Positions 50,801 to 62,111 of a stretch of DNA of 64,000 nucleotides are shown here, piece by piece. The position numbers were made by a program, and so were the translations under genes. Location of the stretch: the NCBI RefSeq assembly GCF_006345805.1, contig NC_043013.1, positions 16,802,001-16,866,000 of the forward strand, given 5' to 3'. Source of the stretch: Octopus sinensis. Its lineage: Eukaryota. The number at the start of each line of letters is the position of its first letter. The first letter of the stretch is position 1. The notes under the pieces are model-generated. The model was not told where the DNA came from. It ran no database searches and saw only the letters and a list, made by a program, of their open reading frames with translations.

Positions 50801-53800
50801 TGTGAGTGGATTTGATAGACGGAATGTAAAGAAGCCCGTCGTATATATGCATATATATATATATGTAGGTGTGTGTATATATGTTTGTGTGTCTGTGTTT
50901 GTCCTCCCAACATCGCTTGACAACCAATGCTGGTGTGTTTACGTCCCCGTAACTTAGCGGTTCGGCAAAAGGGACCGATAGAATAAGTAATAGGCTTACA
51001 AAGAATAAGTCCTGGGGTCAATTTGCTCGACTAAAGGCGGTGCTCCAGCATGGCCGCAATCAAATGACTGAAACAAGTAAAAGAATAAAAGAGAGTATAG
51101 AAAAAGATTACTTAATCACTGATGGAACGCCTCTGAGTTAACATTGGTTGCTGTGGTCCTAGGAGTGCTGAGCCTGGGAAATTGACCGGAAGGGCATGGT
51201 TGGAATGCTTTAAATCATAAGAGCTGACCTGGGGCTAAACAACAAAGCATCAAGGTAGGAATAGTTAGCTGTTAGACACTGACTCTTATAATTTTTTGAA
51301 AAATATAGAAAATGATCACTGGATTGCTTTTGATCATAGAGTCTTCTCGTTTAAGAGAACCTCGGGCTAAAAACAACATCAACACCAATAACAACAATTA
51401 TTATTCGGTTTGATTCATCCTTCATCGATCTATGGTCGATAGAAGGGATATGTTACGCATATGAGTGTGTAGTGGATCTTGCAAGCATGAAGTGGATTCG
51501 ATCCACCATAACCAAATTTAAATTAACACTGCAACATAACTTTTCCCACGGTGGAACAATGATTTTTCTCTGACAGCAGTTTTACATTTTCCAGCTGCCT
51601 TTAGCTAGGCCGAAATAATGTCTTCACCACTTGACACTTTCTGACCTCTCCTACTTCATCAAAAGCTAGAATAGAGATAACAAGACCACCAATTAAATCT
51701 ATTGTTCTCAATGATATGTCTATCCTTCTGGATAGTTATAAAAGCAAGAACACCCCAAGCAAAAATAAAAATTTAAAAAACCCATTTTCCTAAAAGTTAT
51801 GAGGGAAAAGCTCGGATCTTGTGAATTTTCCGCGGTCCTCTCCCTATCCTCCCGTCGCTTTGCACGCATTTTTTTTTTTTTTTCATATTCATTTCCTACA
51901 TTTTTTTTTACACCTTTTGCACTATTTTTAGCTGATTTTCGTTTCCGGATCAAATTGTAAGCTTTAACCAATTTTGTTGCTAAACTTTAGGTGCAATAAA
52001 TTAGTTATACGTCTACATTACTCGTTTACTCTTTTACTTGTTTCAGTCATGTGACTATGGCCATGCTGGAGCACCGCCTTTAGTCGAGCAAATCGACCCC
52101 AGGACTTATTCTTTGTAAGCCTAGTACTAATTCTATCGGTCTCTTTTGCCGAACCGCTAAGTTACAGGGACGTAAACACACCAGCATCGGTTGTCAAGCG
52201 ATGTTGGGGGGACACACAGACACACAAGCATACACACACACATGTATGTATGTATGTATGTATGTATGTATATATGTATACGACAGGCTTCTTTCAGTTT
52301 CCCTCTACCAAATCCACTCACAAGGCTTTGGTCGGCCCGAGGCTATTGTAGAAGACACTTGCTCAAGGTGCCACGTAGTGGGCCTTAACCCGGAACCATG
52401 TGGTTTGTAAGCCCACAGCCACTGCACAAAATATTTAAACAATTCTTTATATAATTCCTAATATTTAATTATAAAAATATAACAGGATTTCTTAAACATC
52501 GAATGATTACGGGGGGTCCACCCGAGTAAAATAGGAATCAAAGTGGTTCATAGGGGAAAAATGGTTGAGAACCACTGGTTTAGAGGATCTCTTGTGGTTC
52601 GATATAACCCCAGGTAAACTATGATCAAGCAGATCTATGATCAAAATAATCTCATCCGTAGCCTTTACGTCCTCTGGGGAGCATCTAGGACTACGTTATC
52701 TACCGTATGTTACCCGCCTGTGTATTTTGCTCAGTGATTTAACCAGAGAAGGAAGGGCAGCATTGATGACCCTTTTTATGGGCTACGAGACTGCTGGGTG
52801 GATTGGAAGAGGATGTCACCCTTTGATCGCAGACCTTACCTGAATGCATCAAAAGGACCAGGTGGTAGTGGTGGCAGCAGCTTTAAACTGGGGAAAAAAT
52901 TAAGCGTGCTACCCCAAAACGGACAGGTTTGATTCGAGGAAGGCTAGGTTACCATTTCTAGCTTGCCAAGCGACCAACCCTACGCTTTCTTGTATCGTGA
53001 GTGAGAGGTGGCCAACTGGTATGTATCGAAACATATCTGAGAATATCAACAAATGTATTTTTAGCAAACGTAAATCCAAAATCCCAATTTTCTCTGACAC
53101 CACAAAGTTAAGAAGTTACCACAGCAGCCACGCAGGTCTTGGAAGGCTTGATTTAACAGCTAAAAGATACAATCAATGTGCGCGAGCGTGTGTGTGTGTG
53201 TGATGAACCATCGAAAAGTCGCTTCGTGTTCGCTCGACATGCTAGATATAGCAGCCAAATCTTCTTCAGACAACACCTTGCTGTCTTAAGACAATGAAGC
53301 GCTTACATACTGTACTCTTAAAGGAAAGACGGGATCGAGCAAGCTTTTGATGGCCACGGCTGGAATGCTTTAGACCATAGGGTTGCTCGGTCAGGGTTGT
53401 CCTGATGCTTAACAACAACAATAATGTGTGTGTGTGTGTGTGTGTGTGTGCGTGCGCGGTGGGGGGGGGCTGCGTGTGAATATATATGTGTGAGATGAGC
53501 CAACGAGAAGCCGCTTCGTGTTAGTTCGACATGCTAAAAATAGCAGCCAAATTTCCTTCAGATCACGCCTTACTGTCTTAAGACAACGAAGTCCTTTACA
53601 TGCTGTAAATCTTAAAGAAAATATGGAATCGCGCGATCTTTCGATAGCCACGGTTGGAATGCCTTAGACCAGTGGTTCTCAACTGGGGTCCACATGACCC
53701 TTGGGGATATTGTTGTTAAAATTTTTGTGCAATAATTTGGTTATACTTCAAGACAACATTTTAGCATTTTTTTATACAATTCAAAATAATATGTAGTTAT

Positions 53801-54480
53801 AAAATTTTAATTGGATTTTTTAAATATTAAATGGTTATGGGGATTCAGTAAAGTAAAACGGAAATCAAATGAGTCCAGGGGTTTAAAAAATGGTTGAGGA
53901 CCAGTGCTTTAGATTGTAGGGTTGTTCGACCAGGGTTGGTCTAACGCTAAACGATAATAACGTGGGCACGTTTACTCTTTACTCTTTTACTTGTTTCAGT
54001 CATTTGACTGTGGCCATGCTGGAGCACTGCCTTTAGTCGAGCAAATCGACCCCAGGATTTATTCTTTGTAAGCCTAGTACTTATTCTATCTGGGTACTAC
54101 TTGAGAACAGTGGTCCCGGTGTGCGCACTCGCGTAGTCGCGCATCCGCGCTAGCTAGTCGTGACCAGCCGATCCTACAACGACTACCTAGCAAAGTAAAT
54201 AAAACACAAAATAAATAATTTTTTTTTTACACAAAGTACATAAAACACAAAGTAAATATAACAAAAACACAAATTAAGGATCGACTAGTCATGACTAGTT
54301 AGCGCGGATGCGCGAGTACGCGAGTGCGCGCACCGGGACCACTGTTCTCAAGTAGCACCTTCTATCTGTCCCTTTTGCCGAACCGCTATGTTACGGGGAC
54401 GTAAACACACCAGCATCGGTTGTCAAGCGATGTTGGGGGGACAAACCCAGACACACAAACATATATACACACATACATAT

Positions 54481-54513
<33 letters not shown>

Positions 54514-57116
54514 CATACATATTTACGACGGGCTTCTTTCAGTTTCCGTCTACCAAATCCACTCACAAGGCTTTGGTCGGCCTGAGGCTATAGTAGAAAA
54601 CACTTGCCCAAGGTGCCAACGCAGTGTTTGTATGCAAAAATATTCTTTTCAGTCGGTAAATGAAGACGACAATGCAAGTAAGAGATATCAACTGTGTTGA
54701 TCTACCAGGAGATGAAATAAATAATATGTAGCTTAAATATACCCAAAGATCCGGTACTAAGAAACACGTCATTGCCAGTAATAGTAACAAAAATCTGAAC
54801 AGGGTCTCATGCGATATTTGCTCCGGTTCTTTAATTCTGAGTTCAAATCCAGCCTAGATCAGCAGAGTCATTCATCCCTCCGGGGTCGATAAATCAAAGT
54901 ACTTGTCAAGTACTAGGATCGATGGTATCAACTTGTTCCCCTACCTTCAAAATTGCTGACTTTCTGCTTAAATCAGAAACAATTGTTAGAGGATGGAAGA
55001 AGGTAGCGAGCTGACAGAATCGTTAGCATGCCGTTTTTACGTTTTGAGTTCAAATTCCGTCAAAGACGACTTTCCCTTTCATCCTTTCGGGGTCGATGAA
55101 ATAAGTATCAGTTGAACAGTGGGGACAATGTAATGGACTAGCTCCCACCCACAAAAATCCAGGCCGAGAAGCTGGTGGATTTGCAAAACTGTTAGAGAAT
55201 CGGAAAAAATGCTTCGAAGTTCTTTACATTCTAAGTTCAAATTCTGCCGAGGTGAATTTTACCTTTCATCTTCACGGGGCGGATAATGATAAACTAACGG
55301 TCAAGTTCTAGCCTTATGCCAAAACTAGAAACAATAATAATAATAATAATTATTATTATTATTATTATTAAGATACGTTAACACGCCGGAAAAATGCTTA
55401 GAGATATTTCGTCTGCCGCTATGTTCTGAGTTCAAATTCTGCCAAGGCCGACTTTGCCTTTCGTCCTTTCGGGGTCGATTAAATAAGTACCAGTTATGCA
55501 CTTAATCCGTTTGTCTGTCCTTGTTTGTCCCCTCTGTGTTTGGCCCCTTGTGGGTAGTAAAGAAATAGGTATTTCGTCATTCAATGTTCCGAGTTCAATT
55601 CTGCCTATGTCGACTTTGCTTTTCATCCTTTCCGAATCGACGAAATAAGTACCAGTCAAGCACTGGAGATCGATATAATCAGCTTACCCCATCCCCCAAA
55701 ATTCCAGTCCTTTTGCTAACAGTAGAAAGGATTATTGTTATTATCATCATCATCATCAAGGCGGCGCGTTGGCAGAAACGTTAGCAACGCCGGGCGAAAT
55801 GCTTAGCAGTAAGTATTTCGTCTGCCGCTGTTTTGAGTACAAAGTCTACCGAGGTTGACTTTGCCTTTCACCCTTTCGGAGTCGATAAATTAAGTACCAG
55901 TTGCGGGTACTACTTGAGAACAGTGGTCCCGGTGCGCGCACTCGCGTACTCGCGCTAGCTAGCCATGACTAGTCAGTCCTTACTTTGAGTTTTTGTGTGT
56001 TATTTACTTTGTGTAAAAAAATTATTTATTTTGCTAGGTAGTCGTTGTAGGATCGACTAGCTAGCGCGGAAGCGCGACTACGCGAGTGCGCGCACCGGGA
56101 CCAGTATTCTCAAGTAGTACCCCAGTTGCGTACTAGTGTCGACCTTATCGACTGTTCCCCTCCCCACAAAACCTTCTGGCTTTGTGCCTATAGTGGAAAG
56201 GATTATTATTATCATCATTGGTTCGCAGAAACCAGAAAATGTCAGACAAATATAACATTTACAGAAAATTGAGTTTATAATTAAAGTTCAAAAGACATGT
56301 TACGTGTCTTCCTTCTTTTCTCCCTTGGGACAGAATTGTAAAGGCAGCTCGATTTAACTCCTCTTGGCAATTACGCTTCCTTATTTCGATGAATAAGAAC
56401 GAGAGAAAAGTACATAACAGGAAGGAAAGAAGAAAAAAACTCATACATCAATACCATGGGTAATATTAAAATAACGAGTCACATTCTAACTAATATTTGA
56501 GAGCGTAGTCACAGTCTTAACAGTATAAAACTAACGTGATTGATGCTGTTGGATAAAACAAGGAAAGTAAAAAAAAACTCTCGGAAATGTATTTCGTAGC
56601 CTTAAATTTAGCATGTTAAATATATATAAGAAAAAGTACTTCGTGTCCCCTATGACTAAAAACGGTTGGATTTTTTCACTTTTACAAAGAAATTATTTTA
56701 AAAATCTGCCGGTCAAAGTGAAAAGATCCAAACGGTTTTCTTTAACCAACAAAAAACTAAAGAAAACAAGAGATACTTTTCTTTAAAGTTTTTCTCGATA
56801 GTTCGATAAACAAAGTTATTTTAAATAATCTATATAATTTAATCAAAAATATTAACCACTTCACATTTCAACAACGTATGCTTTTAAAATATTATCTTAT
56901 TGTCTTTAGGTTTTAATCAGCAAAACTTAAGGGTTACCAGATAAAATTTATAATTACGTACAATTTATGTATTCCTGCTTTCCTCACAGCAGACGAGACG
57001 GCTTTCACTGCCGATAGGATGGCATTTAGCAACTGTGTTAGATCTCCTTTCGCATCAGGATATTTTTTCTGTTCTGCTAAAACGAACCTCGTTAAAGTCA
57101 TACAGTCTGTGTCCAT
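25406..57116 (-). CDS. FBP1: Fructose-1,6-bisphosphatase class 1 (332 aa), complement join(56962-57116,36334-36496,34136-34228,30249-30389,29209-29346,26916-27032,25406-25597)
   Basis: Spliced 999 nt open frame with [32 protein letters not shown] and [13 protein letters not shown] motifs. All introns are GT-AG. Exon sizes 155/163/93/141/138/117/192 closely match human FBP1 coding exons (recalled as 170/163/93/141/138/120/192). The symbol denotes the family, not strict orthology to FBP1 versus FBP2. Confidence 0.96.
26270..26456 (+). mobile_element. Short 3'-end copy of the RTE family with (GAT)n tail
   Basis: Matches the RTE 3' UTR end (...CCGTCCAACCCATGCTAGCATGGAAAACGGACGCTAAACGATGATGAT). 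Confidence 0.8.
26916..27032 (-). CDS. FBP1: FBP exon 6 ([39 protein letters not shown])
   Basis: Within ORF 26649-27050; GTCAG acceptor, AAG|GTTTGT donor; 117 bp. Confidence 0.96.
28113..28686 (-). mobile_element. SINE family A with expanded internal CA/CATA repeat
   Basis: Same head, body and tail as 18188-18605. Confidence 0.85.
29209..29346 (-). CDS. FBP1: FBP exon 5 ([27 protein letters not shown]...HPK)
   Basis: Within ORF 29104-29358; GGCAG acceptor, AAG|GTAAGG donor; 138 bp. Confidence 0.96.
29463..30164. repeat. 15-bp minisatellite, 46 units plus a partial unit, consensus G(G/A)AGAAGAGGCTCTG, filling FBP intron 4
   Basis: Counted from ORF 29409-30221 (pentapeptide units [10 protein letters not shown]); no indels among units. 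Confidence 0.97.
30249..30389 (-). CDS. FBP1: FBP exon 4 ([34 protein letters not shown]...FMLDP)
   Basis: 5' part of ORF 29880-30389; TCCAG acceptor, CCT|GTAAGT donor; 141 bp. Confidence 0.96.
31113..34041 (-). mobile_element. RTE-clade LINE, 5'-truncated and frameshifted, with 3' UTR and (GAT)n tail, in FBP intron 3
   Basis: Endonuclease C-terminus ([16 protein letters not shown], ~33885-33935), RT motifs ([48 protein letters not shown]) and [10 protein letters not shown]...RGRPRKTW, spread over several frames. Tail at 31113-31132; candidate 6-bp TSD GTCAAT at 31107-31112 and 34042-34047. Confidence 0.93.
34136..34228 (-). CDS. FBP1: FBP exon 3 ([31 protein letters not shown])
   Basis: Manual translation; TTTTCTAG acceptor, AAG|GTGAGT donor; metal-binding DPLDGS motif; 93 bp. 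Confidence 0.97.
35040..35605 (-). mobile_element. Cluster of SINE family B copies
   Basis: CCCCAAAAGGATGAAAGGCAAAG...AATTTGAACTCAGAAC cores. Confidence 0.75.
35690..36206 (+). pseudogene. R4/Dong-like LINE C-terminus interrupted by a Helitron
   Basis: [40 protein letters not shown] | LHKMLSV*; the frame is restored when 35814-36181 is removed. Confidence 0.75.
35814..36181 (+). mobile_element. Non-autonomous Helitron
   Basis: 5' TC, 3' CTAG, subterminal hairpin GCACTATGACC/GGTCATAGTGC, inserted at A|T with no TSD. Confidence 0.82.
36334..36496 (-). CDS. FBP1: FBP exon 2 ([29 protein letters not shown]...ENQ)
   Basis: Within ORF 36322-36537; TTTCAG acceptor, CAA|GTGAGG donor; 163 bp. Confidence 0.96.
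37767..38072. mobile_element. MITE with ~90-bp TIRs and 8-bp TSD (hAT- or MULE-like)
   Basis: TIR GGC(A/G)ATCTTTCGTCTCTAGTAGACCTTTCCGTCGATTTCCGT...; TSD ATAATAAG at 37759-37766 and 38073-38080. Confidence 0.85.
39113..39266 (+). mobile_element. Short RTE 3'-end copy with (GAT/GAC)n tail
   Basis: CATCCAGCTGTAGAAACC...CCCATGTC...GGACGC...GATGATGAT. Confidence 0.65.
39448..39843 (-). mobile_element. tRNA-headed SINE family C
   Basis: Head GGCGCAATGGCCCAGTGGTTAGGGCAGCGG...GGTTTCGATTCCCAGACC continues into a SINE body; a related copy lies at ~14970-15245 (+). Confidence 0.8.
43592..43978 (-). mobile_element. SINE family A
   Basis: Near-consensus copy. Confidence 0.87.
45558..45911 (+). mobile_element. 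SINE family A
   Basis: GGTTCCGGGTTCAGTCCTACTGCGTGGCAC head...GACTGAAACAAGTAAAAG tail. Confidence 0.85.
47822..48045 (-). mobile_element. SINE family B (long form)
   Basis: Near-consensus head and CCCACAAGGG tail. Confidence 0.85.
48058..48347 (+). mobile_element. Non-autonomous Helitron
   Basis: A|TCTTTATATATAAAAG...CCCGAGCAACGCCGGG hairpin...CTAG|T. Confidence 0.8.
48863..49232 (-). mobile_element. SINE family A
   Basis: Near-consensus copy with an internal deletion. Confidence 0.85.
49905..49989 (+). ncRNA. Degenerate type I hammerhead ribozyme-like motif
   Basis: GGACC-CTGATGA (49910-16)-long stem II-GAAAC (49974-78)-palindromic ACACGTGT stem III-GTA; the 3' strand of stem I is mutated in this copy. 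Confidence 0.4.
50247..50469. mobile_element. Tigger-like MITE
   Basis: TA-CAGTAGTCCCTCGCCACATCACGG...CCGCGATAGTCAAGGGAATTACTA-TA imperfect TIRs. Confidence 0.65.
50670..51094 (+). mobile_element. SINE family A
   Basis: Full head to tail. Confidence 0.85.
52025..52425 (-). mobile_element. SINE family A
   Basis: Near-consensus copy. Confidence 0.85.
53670..53906. mobile_element. hAT-Charlie-like MITE
   Basis: TIRs CAGTGGTTCTCAAC / GTTGAGGACCAGTG; degenerate 8-bp TSD CCTTAGAC / CTTTAGAT. A second right end (GGTTGAGAACCACTG) lies at ~52563-52577. Confidence 0.75.
53973..54620 (-). mobile_element. SINE family A interrupted by Mutator-like MITE copy 1
   Basis: The SINE consensus resumes after the 9-bp TSD. 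Confidence 0.85.
54093..54359. mobile_element. Mutator-like MITE, copy 1 (inside a SINE)
   Basis: Long CpG-rich TIRs starting GGTACTACTTGAGAACAGTGGTCCCGGTG; 9-bp TSD TTCTATCTG at 54084-54092 and 54360-54368. Confidence 0.88.
54830..56200 (+). mobile_element. Dense cluster of SINE family B copies (last one interrupted by MITE copy 2)
   Basis: At least five cores of GAGTTCAAAT...TTTCATCC...GTCGAT. Confidence 0.8.
55906..56121. mobile_element. Mutator-like MITE, copy 2 (inside a SINE, opposite orientation)
   Basis: Same TIRs; 9-bp TSD CCAGTTGCG at 55897-55905 and 56122-56130. Confidence 0.88.
56962..57116 (-). CDS. FBP1: FBP coding exon 1 ([16 protein letters not shown]...[10 protein letters not shown])
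   Basis: CCCACA-ATG-G start context, in-frame TGA upstream at 57174-57176, TT|GTACGT phase-2 donor. Confidence 0.92.
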
Positions 57117-57175
57117 TGTGGGTTTGTAAATTGTTTGTGGTTTAGGACGGAAAATTTGGCAGACTTTCTGCACTC

Positions 57176-57310
57176 ACTAGTGAAAAAGAAAAACGACTAG
57201 AGGTCGGTTGAATCGCCTGACAAAACAAACAGCCAAGAAAAAAATCGTGTGACCCACAAACAAGATTGTATATAGAATAGGGGTGGGGTTTGTCAACGTG
57301 GATTGGACAC
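57176..57310 (-). promoter_or_regulatory. Candidate FBP 5' region: CCAAT box (57301-57305 on - strand), GT/GC-box-like GGGTGGGG, and a pyrimidine run ending CTAG at 57177 (initiator or splice acceptor)
   Basis: Motifs read directly; function is inference only. Confidence 0.3.
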
Positions 57311-60300
57311 AAGTAGGCAAAAGAAACTGATTAGAGCTAAATTATGTTACACAGAGAGCCACAGTAAGTCGTTGATTCACAAAACTTGTTAATTACAAGA
57401 TAAGGGTGGTTAATAAGGAAGACAGAGGGGACGGTGTTTTGCTTTGCCGATTGTATATAAAAGTTTTCTTTCCTCCCTTCCTCTCTTTCTCCAAGCACCA
57501 GCTGTCGTATCGCCAATCACTACTACCACCACCACCACCACCATATGAAGTGTATCACGTTGGTTCAACTGTTTTGATTGGTCAGACTGAGTACACCCTT
57601 GACACGAGATAAGAATGACTCGGGTCAACAAAAGCGCCTCTATGTGGTCACTCGACTTGCTAGAAAATGCTGCCATATCTCCCTGAAATCTCAACCATGT
57701 CTTCCAAAAACGGACACATTAAATGGTCCTGGATTACTTTCACATCGGAAAAAGACTGGATGGTCATGGCTGGGAATGTCTTTGATCAATCAGGTTTGAG
57801 CCGGGGTTAAACAGCAACATGCGTATTAAGTGATCCATATAAAAAAAAATCATGCACAGTTTCTTTATTTCGGTTTTTCTACGTGAAAATGTTACTAAAC
57901 CGCCTCGCTCAGTTTGTCTCCATTTCTGAAGAAGAAAAAAAAACGTTGTAAGCGATCTCCAGCGACCCTTTCCGTCGGTTCCTAGAAAGAGAGAGAATAT
58001 TCGTCGCAGTATTTAACGAATACTTTATTTATCGACCCCCATCCACGAAAGAACTAAATGTGAAATTGACGTCGATGAAATTTGAACTCAGATCGCAGTG
58101 AGCTAGAATAAATAACACCAGGCATTGTATCCTCTGCTCTATCGATGCAGCCAGGACATTTAGTCATCAGAATTTTTAATACAAACTAGTCGATGTTTGG
58201 CCGAATTAATAAATAGCAGTAAGACAGTCAGCTGGCAGAGACCTTAGCGCGTTTAACATAAATGTTTTGCGGAATATATTCTGGTTCTTTGTGTTCCGAG
58301 TTCAAATCATGCCGAAGTCAGTTTTGCCTTTCATACTTCGGAAATCGATAAAATCGAGTACGAATTAAATACAATGGTCGGTGTATTCGACTGAGCCCAT
58401 TCGTATATATTATTAATAATCAGCAAAATGGAATGACATTCGTTATTTCGCTCGTAACAAACAGTTTAATGCTCGGATAATCTATTGTTTAATTTCGGGT
58501 CAACCTTGACGAAAGGCATTCAAGCTGTTGTTGTTATATATATATAATGTATTGAGTATCAAAGGAAGTAGTGAGTACTTAGTATGAAAGATTAAGAAAA
58601 TGAGAGAGACTGAAAAAACGTGTTAACGATACGAGATACTTTATTAGACTGCCGTTGTTGTACAAGGTATTTGTTGTGGCGGGAAACTTACTGAATGTCC
58701 TTGTATCAAGGGAGACAATGGGCAACGTTGATTGTTCATGTTTGTTGTGATGATTACATAACACAAACTATGACCATTCCATTTACTTTCCAAGGCATCC
58801 ATTTTTCCCTAACTGCCGAAGGTGCCACGCAGTGGTACTGAACTCGGAACCATGTGGTTGGAAAGCAAGCCTGTATATGCAACTAAAACAGCATAAAATT
58901 AAAGACAGCCATTGGTACATCATACTTAACGTATATACACCATTGGAAGGTGGATGGTTTTTGTCTGAAAGAAAAATCTCTTCGTAGACATTATAATTTG
59001 GAGAGAGGAACATCATCCGGGTAGTGACTTGCGAGAACGTCAGAGGTGTTTTGGGTTACCTGGGCCTTCTGAAGAGCCTTTACTCACCAGTCACATGCCT
59101 AAACAAAATCAGTCCCCCTCCGATATTTTGGTAACAGTGAACACGTGGAATGCATGTTGGGCTGGCTAAAACCTTCATGTACGTAACTAGAACAACATTA
59201 AGTTTAAATAGTTATCTGTATACCATATTTAATATATATGCACTGTTGAAAGATACGATACTGTAGATCTGTCTGGGAGAAAAGCTCTTCATAGACACAT
59301 GTTAAAAGTACGTTTAGATCGGGGTGTGGCGAACATCATCCAATCAGTGACTTTCGGGAGACTCAGAGTACGCCAGACGCGTTGCAGCCTACTTGGAAAC
59401 CATGTCAATGCCATGACAAGTTTGAGGTAAGAGTCAGCTATGAATTCCTGCTGGAGGAACTTGGCACTACGAGCTAATGAAACACTCTATGGTGCTTACA
59501 ACGGTGAATTTACAGTTCATACTGTGATGTTTACAACTCCGGTTACTAAATGATTCTATGTTCGATGCTTTTTCACAAAAAAAAAAACCCATTCTTTATA
59601 TTTCTTTGTTCACGAACCAGTGGAAATATCTACTTAGTCAGCTGGCCTGCTAGAAATAGCAACCAAATCTACCTCAAAATAAACCCTACTGTCATTAAGA
59701 AAGAAAGGAAGGACATATGGGATAACATACTTATCATATAGCTTATTCACCATTACCTTACTTCAAATTCATAGAACTCACTCTGAATACTTCATATGGA
59801 TATTTACACTCTCTAGGATGTTTGGAAAACATATATGTGATTTAGCTGATGAATACTTGACATTATATTTGCTGTAATATTTGCAGCTTTAAATAAAATG
59901 TTCTTAGTATGAAACAATTGTACTAAATTACTTATCCATTCTTGTTACTTTTTTCTTGGTTATATAGCTTATTCACTATATCTTTTTATCTTAAATATAA
60001 ATAGCGTAGTCACGACTAGAATGTGTTTGATCACAGGTCTGCTGAAGCAAAGCTGAGGTTACGGATCGGCAACTTACAGCATGAGGGGCCCAGGTTTTGT
60101 GAGCTTGTTTACTTAACCACCGAAGACAATGCTCTGAGCATTGTATATGCTGAGAGTATATGCGTGTGCACACGTGTGTTGTTTTCTTTCTTAAATCTAG
60201 ACCAAGGTGGTGGAAAAGGGGATCGAGGGAAAAGGATGAACAAGGTCCATATGGTAACATTCAACTTACAGTGACGGTGACGTTGGTGGTAGTGGTAGTG

Positions 60301-61499
60301 GCGGCGATGACGGTTGTAGTGGTGAGGGTGATGGTGGGAGCGGCGGCAGTAGCGTGGCCATGGTAGTGGCTGTTTATTTCTAGATCAGCCCTGATCTAGT
60401 CAATATATGACCAAAGCAAAGGCGTTCCCGCCGTGCCTATCACATCTTTATTAATTTAGTTTATATATCAGGAACTTCATTGCTTCATGTATCTTTAAGA
60501 CGGTAGTGTGAAATTTCAGGAAAATTTGGTTGTTCTTTCCAGCAGAACAAGCGACATGAGGATATAGGGTTGGGGGAAGAAACGGGGAATAGATGTTCCA
60601 CAGAATGGTAATGGTGGTGGCAGCGAAGATAACGATGGGAGGGAATAGTGAAAATAATGGTGATGGGGTGGGGTGACATAGATAATGTTGTCTAGGTCTA
60701 AATTATCTGCTGTCCTTCTTCTGATCGGCGTTATTTATTCCTAGGTTAGTCCTGGTGAAACTGACCTCTTATCAAAAGAATTCTAGTTATGACCATCCTT
60801 TTTGAGGCAGTGTATCTAAGGCTACATTATGTGATGTAACATACCATTCTTTAAGGCGGGAGGATGAGAGATATGAAGGTAACAGGTCGCGCAACCACTT
60901 GAAGACTCCTCTGTTTAACTGATAGTTTATCCAAGGATGAGATGTAAGTTTGACCTGGTTCTCTCTTGATTTAGCTGATCTTGGTAATTTATATGCCACG
61001 AAAACCAGGTAATGTCTCATGCGAGTCCTCTCGACAGCAATGTATAGAGGTTGATAACGACGACGACGACGATGATGATGATGTTGTTGTTAAATCAAAT
61101 ATTAAAATTACTTATTGGTTTTCAAAGTGGATGGGGAGAATAGGAAAATAAATTAGTGGATGTATAACGCTTAAGAAATAACGTTTTAATGAACCTCTAT
61201 GTGATTGCTTCAAATGAAAGAATTAGCAACCAAATCTCCCTCAAATTCCCTGTACATGAGCTGGGTAACGACAAGATCACAACTAGAATGCCTTTCATAA
61301 GTCTCTTTGATCAGAGCTGACTGAGTTAAGAGCATCAGAAAAAAAGCTTTGTTCTTCGTCCCAGTTTAGTACAAAGGTCGCAACTGTTCTCTCTTTCTTC
61401 AACATGACCAGTTTTGTACTTAAATCAGAAACAAGAAACAGAGTAGAGACAGAGCTAGTCAGGAAGCTTTTAGGAAAGGCATCGCGACCGATATGTTCG

Positions 61500-62111
61500 C
61501 AGCGGGATTGGCATTCAACCAATTCTTCAACGTGAAACACTAAGGTTGCGTTGTCAGAGCTAAAGTACGAGCACTTTGACACGAAGTGAAGAAAGCCGTT
61601 CAATGGGCCCAAGTGGCAGAGGCACGGCGTGACAATAAATCAACAATCCGATCCTTGCCGGATCATTAAAGATAAATGATAACTGATCTGAGACAGATAT
61701 GTACGGCCTTTCAGCAGCACTTCGCTCAACTGTTCGGGAGCAACAGTGAGCCGGGTCGCAGGATGGATTTCACGTCCTACCTTGACAGGCTGATGCGGCT
61801 CTCAGCAACGGAGGCGGAGCTCTGCGAAAGGCCGGTAACACTCCTTGAAATACGGCAAGCAATGACTAGCTGCACGAGGTATAAATCGCCTGGTTTGGAT
61901 GGTCTGCCCTATGGGCTTCACGCATACATGCCAGACTTGTTTGGCGACCTCTTAGCAAACGTTTACTGCAACTGGCAACAGAATGGGAGAATTCCCAGTT
62001 TTGTGAATCGAGAAGCGGTGGAGTTGCTGAGAAAAGACCCGAACAAGGGGATTGTATTGACAACTTTAAGCCCGTAACTCTGCTGAATGCAGAGTTGAAA
62101 ATTTTGGCCAA
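61500..62111 (+). pseudogene. L1/Tx1-like LINE ORF2 fragment (pre-RT and RT N-terminus)
   Basis: ORF 61676-62077 has KSPGLDGLPY...NVYCNWQQNGRIP; after a frameshift NFKPVTLLNAELKILA, equivalent to the RPISLLNxDYKILAK motif. Confidence 0.8.
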
